Shown one piece after another: positions 26,526-38,500 of a stretch of DNA of 64,000 bases. This stretch comes from Oopsacas minuta. Taxonomy: Eukaryota; Animalia; Porifera. Both the position numbers and the translations under genes were made by a program. The first letter of the stretch is position 1, and each line of letters opens with the position of its first letter. Location: positions 1-64,000 of the forward strand of contig JAKMXF010000222.1 of assembly GCA_024704765.1 (NCBI GenBank). Reading direction: 5' to 3'. Under the pieces are notes generated by a model. It saw only the letters and a list, made by a program, of their open reading frames with translations. It did no database searches and was not told the origin of the DNA.

Positions 26526-29500
26526 TCATGTTTGTTTGCTATCTGTAAGCTGTTGCTGGGAGAAACACACACCAACTGGGAAGAATTCCCAATTCCTTGA
26601 TCGGTACATATCCATAACGTATGACTCTTGACCTGTATATTCGGTCTCTTCTTTATGAATGAGATGCATCAAGAAAAATAGGTAATTAGGATAATGATGC
26701 TCTTTCTCTGTATGCATCTCAAAGCCGCGGGGAATATGTTGATCAAATGTTTCCTTGTTAAGACCACAAATAAAGCATTTATTCTGCATAGCCTCTCTGG
26801 CAGCTTCCTGCTTGTTTCGGAGCTCTCCAAATGCGTCAATTATTAAACCCTGAATAAGGGCAACAAGCACGAGTTGTATAGCAAAGAAATATGCTATACT
26901 GTAGACTGTTATTGTAGTATCCTTTGGGGATATCTCGAAATGTTCAGGGGGGAATCTTTCTGAGAGGTTCAGGGTCCCTCCCGGGATCTGACCGAGCAGG
27001 AAGAGGAAAATATCGCTGAGATTATCCTGATGAGGCTTGAATAGATACATACCGATTATAGCAAATATCAGCTGTACGACTAACAATATGAACACACTCA
27101 TAAATAGACGAGTTCTGTTGTGATAGATAGATTGGAATATTGTTCTTAGAGTCTCAAAGTTAGTATAAACATCCAAGAGAAGATGGATGCAGAAGAAAGC
27201 TGGTGAATAGAATACTCCCAAGGCTGAGAACATAAAATATATAATCTTTAGTAGGAAAGTAAAGTCTGTAAGCATAACACGAGCTACTATCCATAAATTG
27301 TAATTCAAATCTATCCCTTTAGTATCTTTCTGATTGTATTCATCGTTCATTTCCTGACGAACTAATTTGTTCCAATAGAGCTGTGGAAACGTAGCAGATT
27401 CAATAACAATACTGTCCCACCAACGCTTGTTAATGAATCGCCAGGAAGTACTGAATTCTTCTTTTAATTTATCTTTATTCGTTTCAATTTCATGACAAAG
27501 ATATTTTTCTTTTCGAAAGATAATCAGAGGGAATTTCAACTTCCAATAAGTCCATATTAACAGCATAGATAGGAAGAAGTGTAATAGAGAGATAGAATAC
27601 AGTAATATAACCTTCATGAGGTTAAATGATTGTGGTATTTGAATATTCAACAGTTCTATTGAGGAAGTGCTTGTAGCATTATGGAATCCTGACAGACCGT
27701 CAAGATTACATAACATGAGGAGGAGGTTTAATACGAATACAATTACCATACTAGATTTCCTAAGCAGATAATCCATCTGAGCTACGTTAGAAGAGAAGCG
27801 AGTAGTAGCCCTGATAATCTTAGGCACATAGAATTTGGTTATCAAATCTTCACTCGGTTTGCTCGTTCCGCTATGTCGTTTAAGTTTGGTTGCCAGCTGA
27901 CTAGTCACTGTAATTATGTTGATACAAAACTCAAGGAGTATAGGTATTATCAATACGAACCTTAGAAGACCGAGCTTTGAGTAGAAAGATCTAAAACAGC
28001 GGGATGCTCTCTCCAATCTGCTCATATTCACACCAGCACGAGCTCTGTAATTAACCGCGAGTTTATCTACTGGGTCTGTGGGCATCTGTTTGAAAAATTC
28101 TCTGGATTTCTCATGATGTTCATAAGCTCTCTTCTCTCTCTCCTTCTGTACAGACTGACTAAGCATTGCTGCGTGTTTCATCTCAAATATTGAATCTTCA
28201 CAAAAATCCATAAATCTGTCCATCTTCTCTTTCGTGAATATTTCGTGATCCAAATTTCTAACAAAGTTATGCTTAGACTCTTGAATTTGAGATTTGTCCC
28301 ATTGCTCTAGGTTAGTCTTATCGATCTGAAAGAATACCTTCTCTACTTTCTTGCTCTTACCTGTATAAACAGTAATAGAAAATCAATTAATGCATTAAAA
28401 TAATCAATAGTTTACTCACCAATAATCTCAATACAGCCAGTATAAGGTCTGAAGTATCCCATTAACGTCTCGGTCCCCTTCCTGAGATCCGTCAGCTCAG
28501 TATTAGCATCCCCTTCAAACAAATGATCGAATAGAATAGTGAATAGGACACTTAGATTAAATCCGATCTTCCCGCAGGGATTATAGAACCTTTCCATAAA
28601 CTCCATATAATCTATAACTCCGTCCTGATTGCTGTCTGCACATCGCATTAGATAATCTATGTCTTTAGGTTTATACTTGTTAGGTTGAGTAGATAGAGCA
28701 TTCTCAAACTCAATCCTACTCACAACTCCATCTTTGTTAATGTCATAACTCTGAAAAGCTTTGGAGGTGATCAGGTCATTCAGTTCAATAAAGGTACAAC
28801 AGAACTCTACTATCTCCAGCAGATTCTAATAAAAAGAAAGCTCATTAGAGAAGTAATAAGAATAAGGAATCATATGTTAACAAAAGATGTACAAGAACCA
28901 GATAGAAGCTCAGTACAGTAGAGTACACAAGTAGATTGTCAGAACTGTCATTGTTATAACAAAATGAATAGATAACTAACTTGTCTTGATTCAATCAGAG
29001 CATCCTTCATCTGTCCTGATATAGAATGAGCCTCTATACTAACATTCCCTTCTAACATGCTTAGCAACAGAATTATCATATCAGCATGTACATCTAACAC
29101 ATCTTTAAGCAGCTCTATAGAATACTCGTACTCTGAGGATAACTTCTTCTGTAGCTTAGCGAATATGTAGAAGAACCCAGACATTGCATCCCAGAGCCTA
29201 GACTGTGTCAGAGCTAGCTGATTCCCGTAGCACGGACCCTGTATATATTCTGTTAGAGTGTTGAATACCTAATAAATAAGCAAGTAAAAACTGTGATGGG
29301 ATAACTGTATATAATTACTTCTTACCTGTCGCACTACCTTGAATACTTTAGTAAAGTTAGACTGTCCCTGTTGATCTATTCGCTCTAACCCTGCATACTG
29401 TCCATAGAAGTTCTGTATAGATTCCTGTAACGATAACAAGTAGTCTACAGAGAATACGATCAAGTTAACGTTAGAGGGTTTGTCAGGCTGAGAACGTAGA

Positions 29501-32500
29501 TAGTTCTGCATATTCATGTTATGACCCTCGCAGAGGAGTTGTAAGAATCTGAATAAATTTTGTGTGAATTCTTCGTCCTTTATAGCAGCAGGCAGGTTAT
29601 CCATACTAGAGCCATAAACCTTGCATTGACGTTCATAAGTAGATCTATCTAGTACAGCACAGTCTGCTATTAGCTTTGCCATGCTAGTGAAGAAATCTCC
29701 CCCAACCTTACAAGAAGTTTGTAGGAATTCTAGAATATTCTTTTGTACTTCATAATTCCCTCCTTTGAGTAGAGCTATCCCAAGCTGTAGCGTCTCTTGT
29801 ACCAGATCTCCTCTCTCTCCATGAGCACCAGCTAGCACTACAATAACCATTCTAGCTACATTAGAGTTAATTAACGTAATCTGTTGTTTCTCAAGTTTCT
29901 TCTTCTTAGACTGTTGAGTGAACACATCATCTACAGGCTCTGACTGATCCTTTGTCTCATCATCTGGTAGTATGCGGGTACAGCTCTCTGTCAGAGAGTT
30001 AGCATACTTCATGTACAGCTCCTGCTGATTTGTATGTGAGAGATCACATTGACAGAACACGTCAATTAACAATCTTATCGGAGCAGGAGATTCACATCCT
30101 GCGACATCATTAGAATTCAGCTGTGTTATGATATCACCTCTCTGGTACTTCTGATTCAACCAAGTACCTCGATAGGATTCTAAGAAATAGTTACTGATCC
30201 TAAACCAAGGTAGTTTATATAATGGCACAATTAGAAATCCCTTCATTATAGCTCTCTTTTTGTGCAGAGTTAGAACTTTCTTCCATCTACCCCGCCCAGC
30301 TCTGGGATGCTCGATCTTGTAAATAAGAGCTTTCACTCGGGACACTTCCATTAAGTCAAGTTTCTGAGTATTTTGTGATTCATTCTGTGGTACATGGTAA
30401 CTGTGTATGAGAGTTGGAATTCTGTAACGAGGCTGTGAGGATTGATTCTGATCGCCAGCAAATTTCTGATCAACTTTCTGGGAAATGTATTCCATATTTT
30501 GATTCTCACTAAACATCTTTTCGCAGTATTCAAGCACATCACTGTGTTGTGAGAATTGTGGCAATTCTAGGATCAAATCAAGATAAGCTTTCATACAGTA
30601 CACCAAGATGTGACTACGTTCATTATGTACACGCTTTTGTGTCTGCAGCACTAGCAGAATAATGATAGACAGCTCACTACGTTCTGAAGAGAAATTAACC
30701 TCCATAGAGTAGTCCAAACTTAGGAAAGATCCGTGAATAATAGCTTGCAGACCCTGTCTAGCGTACTGAGAAGTTTGCCAGCAGTTAAACAAGAAATCAA
30801 GGTCCCAGAATAGAGAGAGATGATCTTGCTGTTGATTTGGCTGCAAATCTCTAAATTCTGATAAATCCCTTGAGTGTAGAAACTTCCCTAACAACATCAA
30901 TACAGCAAGTAAATGAGGGAGTATAGTATTGAATGAATTCTCTAGTTCACTATGTTCAGCTTCGTTATATCCTTTACTTGCTTCATCGATAGTCAGCTGC
31001 TGCTCGTCTTTCCAAAGAGTCACTAGTCTAAGTCTAATACTGTGAAGAAATGGCCTTATAACTTCCCAAAGAGTAGATAACGGTGTGTAAGGAATAATAA
31101 ACTCCAGACTCTGTACAATAATATATTGGTCAGGTATATCAGCAGAGAGATGTATGGTGAAATATCGAACCACTGATGATATTACAGATTCTATATCCGC
31201 GTTATGATTAGGAGGTATAATGTTAAAATGACTTCGTAAGTCACTAGTCTGCATTTCATTACATTTCTTGATGTATCTTGTCAACAGAGGGAGATATACA
31301 CATACATATTCTCTGTACTCTGAAGACCCAACTTCTAAAGAGTGTAATGATCTTACTCTGTCTCTGATTGAAAAGTACAGAGGGTCTACCTGTCCTAGAG
31401 GCTCCTCCAAGAGAGGATATATTCTTGTAGAGCATACAGTAGTCAGACACTCTCCACATGTAGCTAGATTCGCTGGTGAGTTTGGAGATTGTATGAGAGT
31501 ATAAATACTGCGAAATAAATCAGTCATTCTCTCGTCTAACTGCATTTGAGAGTTATCAGTAGGTTTGTCATTAATTTTCTGACGTATATTACCAATATGT
31601 TTGATAAGCACGTTAATCACAGGCAGTATAGCAGATAGCATAACGTTCCTCAGTTTATGGGATATTTCTTCTAGAGAGGACTGGATTATACTAATAACTT
31701 CTTCTATGTATTTCATAGCATTTGAATTATCTAATTCTGTTAATTCTTGACTGGAATCACTAACATCATTGTCTACAGATATGTTGCTAGCGAAAGGATC
31801 CAAACATCTACACAGTTTTTCCAATGCTACACTAATCTCTCTGTTTCTGTCCTCAGCACTGCTGAATAGACTGGGGTTCTTGTGTAGATGTAAAATAACA
31901 AAATGAAACAGTTTAGCTACTTCTACCAGCTCGAAAGGAGATGCCATACTCATATAGACCAGCTGATTGGAGTCTGACACAAAGTAATTCCTATGTACAC
32001 CGAAGTAATTAGTAATTAGAGGAAGTACTATGCGATGAAGGAAGGCAATAGCTTCTGGACTCTTAGCTCGTTCAGGTTGAAGCTTCATCTCAGTGTACAA
32101 TTCATTTACAACTAACAGAGTTACCGTCTTTCTCTCGAAATTATCACCGCTATCCTCTACAGACATTGACGATTCTTTGGTAGTTTGTAGCTTGTAGCCA
32201 CAAGAAGCGATTAGATTAAAGAACTCGTACAGTCCCTCTACAATTATATCCTGTTCTCTTGTATGCAGTAAATGGAATGGAATAGATAAACGCTCGTTCT
32301 TAATCTCTATACTACGGAAATGTATATGATTATTCAATAGAGCAGAGAACTCAAGAACAACCAGGGATATAGACCGCATTAAACGTTTCCATGTTTTGTC
32401 TCTCAATTCCTTCTTAGTTAAACCAATATTGAATACGTTCTTTACAACAGACAAGAAATCTTTGGAAGAGAATATAGTCTCAATTCTCTCTTGAGCAGAT

Positions 32501-35500
32501 TGCACCTGTACAAATCCTATTCCTTTCTTTATAAGAGCACTCAGTAATAGATAAACAGATGAGTCTGTCTTCTCTAGCAGTAGCTCTACGTCAGAGATTA
32601 ATCCTGGGAGATCAGACAGATCTAATGAGTATAGTCTAGACTGTAACATCCTTATCCAATCAGATGCGTGTACATTTAGGAGTTTGTTGATCAGATCTGG
32701 AGGCGGAGTCTTAGTCTCAGGGGCAGTGAGGAGGTTAGGCTGTGGATGATTGAAAGAGGATAGAATCTGTGAGTGAGGACCAATTGAACTGTCTAGTAAC
32801 TCCAATCGGTTATTAGGCAATAAGACAAAGTGTGTAGAATCACTCTCGCTAGACACGAGCATATCAGGAGCTAAAGCGTGAATAACTGCACATAGACACT
32901 CATTCAGTCTAGAAGCAAGAGAATCGACAAGAGCAGCGAGTGAATTGTTCCTAGCAATCTTGGTAAAACTCTTAGGAGACCTAGAGTAAGCATGTTCTAA
33001 TAAGAAATGAGCTAGTTCTAACAGCTGACGTTGTTCTTGAGGTGTAGCACCATTAACAGGATCAAAATTAGCTCCCGAGTAGTACCCCTGATATTCTCTA
33101 AAGTGAGCTCTCAGCATTTGAAATATTATAACGCGATTAGGTAAAGGCAAAGAGTGTAGGTCTAATATAACTTTAGAGAGCAGTGGAAACATAGTACTGG
33201 GGGTGAGAGTTTTCGCGAGAAGCTGTATATAATCTGAAATAGAATTCTTAGCATTAATAGTTCTCTGTAATTGAGGTACAGGTAGACACACTAACCAGTA
33301 GCTAGCATGTAGAAGTTTCGCAGATAAAGCATCTGACATAACATCTCGCGGCATTTTAGCTATAGCTCTCTGTAAGAACGGTAATACAAACTGTGTAGTG
33401 TACTTGATAAGGGTGATAGCTGTATCGTCAATATCTACCTTACAAATACACAGAGTATATAGCATATCTGCTATAATAGATTCCTCTAATGTTATTATAG
33501 TCTGTGGAAGTATTGAGTAAACTTGTTCATAAAATAAGAGAATAGATCCTTTAAAATTTGACCATTCTTCAACATGTCTCTTATTCCTAATCTCTACCAA
33601 TTCTCCATCACTCTCATTTAACGGTTCTAAGGAATGTCTCAGTAATCTCCTTAAATCATCCTCAGAGATAATCTTCTGTAACACAGACCGAATAGGTCCC
33701 ACATCTTCCTTCCTATTACTGGTCCCTTCCTTCTCATCTGTGGAATTAGAAGCACATTTAGCTAATAACTCTAATAACGATATATAGTACTGTAAGCTAT
33801 CTTCTGGAGTGATGTCATCATCATTTTGAGGCTCACCAGACATAAAGTAGTTTGAGAATCCAATCGTCTGACTAGACTTAAGAGCAGGTCCTAAGCATTC
33901 CCTGTTAGAAATCAAATGTGTGACAATTATCTTAGCATTCTCTTTGATATAGCAATCACTAGCCCAAACAGCTAACTTAAGAAACTCTAAATATTGCTCC
34001 GTGCTATTCAGGTGCTCAATATCTGATACAGCTACAGCTAGTAGCTCAATAACCTTACGTATTTGCTCTTCCTGGAGTGATAGAGCTAAGTGCTCGTTGT
34101 TACGGATAACAGCATTAGCTACCTCCATGGGAGACGTGTCAGTCTCTCTGTGCTTTATCGTAAGACTGTTATGTACTCCAGATAACTCTAGCAGATAGTC
34201 TAAGTGTGGGAATAGCATGTGTTGTGAATGAGCGTGTGCTTGCTTAGAGTTACCTGTGCGACCTGAAAAGCGAGCAATGTTACATAGATACTTACAGCAC
34301 TCTGAGATTGTATCGTGAAATATATTAAAGTTTGTAGAAGTTTGAGAATGAAGTAACTTGCTGCTTGGTTCTTTAGACTGAATATCATCCAAAAGATGTT
34401 TCATTAGATTTAACACAGTTTCATGTATTCTGAGGGAACATAGCAGTTCAGGATGATGGAACACTAGTCTGGCGTTGGAGAGAATATCGAGATACCGTTT
34501 CAAACTGTCCTTCTCGCTCTTATCGATCCTAACCAGCATGAGAGAGCGCAGGTGTCCCAGAGCTCTGAGGATCTCGCTAGGATTGATATAACTCGGAGAG
34601 TTTTTAGAGGAAGGAAGGATATACGTGTTCTTAAGAGCATTAGAGAACTCTTCTTGTTCATGGAACTGTCTGTGTAATAAATTGAATATAGCACAAACGA
34701 GTCTAGGTTCAGCTACTTTAGTGTTAACCCAATCTCTCAGTGTATCTTTTATGATAGAGTTAAGTGCTTGTAGCTGAAAGTGTCTACCCTCCTTAGACGG
34801 ATGCTTCTTAAGATAAGATCTCAAATTTTCCTTCTTTTGGTCTATCTCTATGTCAAAGCTCAGTAGCAGTTCGTTATGATAAGACTGTACTTTCTGTTGT
34901 AAGGGATTGTCTTCATCAGATTCTGAGCCTATTTTCATTTCACCAGATATCCCCAAAAGTTCTTGCACTTGAGGTAGAGGTTTCAGACGAAACTGCTTAG
35001 TCTTCTGCATAGCAAACGAAGGATTGTTCTTAAGTTGTTTCTCTACTTCTCCGTGTTTTCCTTCCTGCTCTCTCCCTAAGTCATAAGCCATATCTCCAGA
35101 GAACAGGACCAGATCTTTAATCTTCTCTCTCAGCTGTCTGTCACAGATATAGTCTAGTATTATACAAATTTCGTATTTGACTTGTTCTTCAAGATTCTCG
35201 ATATTAAGTAACCCCACAGCTTCCCCAGATATAGCTGTACTGTCACGATTAGAGTGTATATGAATACCAATATTTACACTTGACTTTGACGAGTCTAACA
35301 GGTAGATAAGCTTGATTAAATCCTCATCAATCAAATGGTTAGTGAGTAGCAGATGCTTTATGATACGTAGAATAGGTACGAATAAACCGACACGATCATC
35401 CTTAGAAATACTACGACAAGCATACTCCTTATACAACAGCACTTCATTTAGCTTAGAGAATATAAACTGTTTGAATTTAGCATCCTGTAAGTCTGCACTC

Positions 35501-38500
35501 ATATCTTCTCCTATGTCACTGTACATTGAGCACTGAGCACTCAAGGGGGGTCTGGGAGGTAGAAGAGAAGAGGATTTAAGTGGGATTGGATCTTCTGGGA
35601 AATCTGATTCAAATACAAAGTCGTTTCTTGTTTGGAGACAGCATATGGATTCTTTCTCAAAGTTAAGAGTTATGTACAGATCGTATATGGAAATCTTGAG
35701 ATCATTAGGTAGGTAGAACTTTAGAGATAAATACATCATAGCTAGTAGCGTGTCTTTAGTTATATGTCTCTGTACTGTCTCAATAGCTGCTGAGAATACG
35801 TGAGAACAAATAGCATTGAATAACCGGAAGGAGTGAGTCAAGAATCGTGATAAGACAGGACGTTCTGAGATGTCTGTGAATCTGAACAGAGTCTCCTCTT
35901 CAGGTACCAATACGTAGAGACAATGTGATTTGTCTTCTATCGTATCAGTGCTTTCAAAACTAGAAGTTATAGTATGCATCTTTACAAGTTTGCTCTGTCC
36001 ACTAGGTACCAATTTCTCTATGAAACCCTGTCTACTTGAGTACTTACTCTCATCATAAATAAACATACATGATTTATCAGGTGACTTCTCTATCCTGTAA
36101 TCAATAGAATTGTTCTCCTTATATGTCCATGAGTAATTAGAAGCTACTTGTAGTTCCATCCAGGGGAACCAGTAGGCCAGTGAGTCCTGGGGAGCTCTCC
36201 CACGTTGTCTACGCGGGGATGGACTGTCTGTAGAAAGGATAGCCTCTGCGAGAGATGTTCTCCCCGGGAGACGATCTAAAAGGAAGTCCAGAACCTGTAC
36301 CTTAGATGGAGCTATTACAACAGTAGGAAATAGCTTTACACTACTGTCTGTTAGGGATAAGGATTTTCCTTCACATTCAGAATCAAAAGCCAGATGATAC
36401 GTAATCTTCCTACCAACCAGGTCCAGTACTGTGTAAATCTCCAGATGATCATCCTGATAGGTAGAGTCAATTAGCTCAGAAATTGGTCTCAGATATGTAG
36501 TCCGAATACAGCTGGGTGTACCTCCATTAATTATGCACTGCTGTCCACCTGTTTTCATCTTTTGGTCAGAGAATAGGAGAGGGTAGAATTTGTATGAGGA
36601 GGTTGTCCAACCTAAATATGCCTTACTGATATCTGCGTTCTGTATACGAACTCCAAAGCAAATAAGATTCTTTTTATTTTCAGTGAGGTTTGCTGTAGGA
36701 TTAACTATAGGAACAATATCTTCAGTCTGAGCCTCTACTCTAACGCCTAAATTCATTCTAATGCACTCTATCTGAGGGTCACTGGGTACTGTCTTCATCT
36801 GTATACAAATCTCATTAATAGCAAACTGTTCGTCATTATGTACAGTAGTGAATATAGACTGAGGAGATGAGATAGGTTCATAGTGCATGTCCTGTAGTGA
36901 GTACCATAAAGGAATGCTAGTGTGTACGTCTGTAGAGAATGGATAGTATACGTCAAGGAGGTCATAGCTTCTGACGTCATCCCCCTTAGTGAAGGATATT
37001 TCTACACTCTGACCTCTGCCTAGGCTAACAGCTGGGAAGTACTTTACTCCTTTATTGACTTGAAAGCTAAAAGCTATCGTGCTGTTCTCTGTATCTCTGA
37101 GGAGAACTCCGTTACAAGCAAAGCTGATAGTACCAGCCCTAAGATTGAGGAAACATCTAATCTTATCTCCTTTCTTCCAACGCTGTCCAAACGTTATAGA
37201 CAATTTATTCCATTTCCTAGCTAGATACCCGTCATAAGCATAAGACAGCTCATCACTGCCTAACAAATGACCAGCCTTGAATTCAGAGGTAGCCCAGCCT
37301 ATTCTCATGAACTCAGCTGTTTCTAGCGTGACGTCATAATACCAGAGGCCTTCAGACACCCCGTAGGATGACTGTGTACGGTATGTAATAGTCTGTATGT
37401 TAGAGAGATCTACATTCCTAGCTAGCTCTAAGATTTCGTGGTCAGATCTCATAGAAATGATAAAGTGACCCCTGGCTATTAAAGCCTCAATAATTCCTTT
37501 AACCATTCCTCTATTTGATTTCTTATCAGCCTCTGACAACTTCTCATAAGGGACTAAACTCAAAGTAACTTTAAGAGTTTTATTCTTATCATTATCGCCA
37601 TAAGAATAGCCATCTGATACTTTCGACTTTGCCCATATATGGTGTGCATTCTCAGCCAATCTATCTATCATGTCATTAAGTGCAGGTAGCTCTTTCAGAG
37701 CATCAAGATTGTATAAGGCAGGTAGATAACCGTTAGATAGTTTGTACTTGTTTGGGTCTAGAGGTTTTTTCTTAGCTTTAAATCCCTCTTTACTAGGAGG
37801 CCTGAGGTCATAACCTAGAGCTCTTAAAGTTTTTATTGTCTTCTCTGCTAACTCTATATCAAATCTCTTCTGAGCCTCAGTCATAAGTGAGTAAGGTATC
37901 AAATCAGGATGTAGCTTCTTCTCATTATTCCTCTCTGCTCCGTGACCCCAACCATAGTCTATCTTGTTAACAGCCCAGACATCATGTAAATATTCAGCGA
38001 TATGTTCCATTATGAGTGAATAGCTCCGAGGTAGCTTTATATCTGATACGTCAATTGGATTAGGAACAAAAGAACTGTTTTCGTCAATGGCAGTAGGTCC
38101 TTCTATTTTGAACACGTTAACATGTGAGTTATCGTCCTCATTAGTCATAGGAATGTTACGTAGAGCAGATGCGAGTGAGAACAAATCCGAATCAAACTCA
38201 TTCTTAGAATTAGCTGGGCTCCTAGTGCTAGCTAACCCCATAAACTTAGGATCAGGAGGATATGTAAACTCTCCGAGATTATCACCGAACCTGAAAGTAC
38301 ATCTCGAATCAGAAGCAAAGCTGATAGCAGGACAGATCATTTCTGAGGAAGATACCCCGAATATTCGGGGTTCCAATTCCTTACCATCTAGGGAGAACCA
38401 GCAGCAAATATTCATCTCATCAGTTAAGTCAATGTAACAACCAATGACATGTTTAGAAGAGGCTTCATCTTGTTGAGAGAGATTGGGACATAGGAAAGGA

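Noticed and set aside
26940-27010. Frameshift or hidden intron explaining the abnormal RyR filter
   Set aside because: The frame is continuous from S5 to S6, the segment aligns without gaps to GVRAGGGIGD, and I could not read GGGIGD in the other frames there.
26526-28253. Calling the channel an IP3 receptor
   Set aside because: The upstream exons of the same gene contain SPRY domains, RyR repeats and the EF-hand pair, which IP3 receptors lack.
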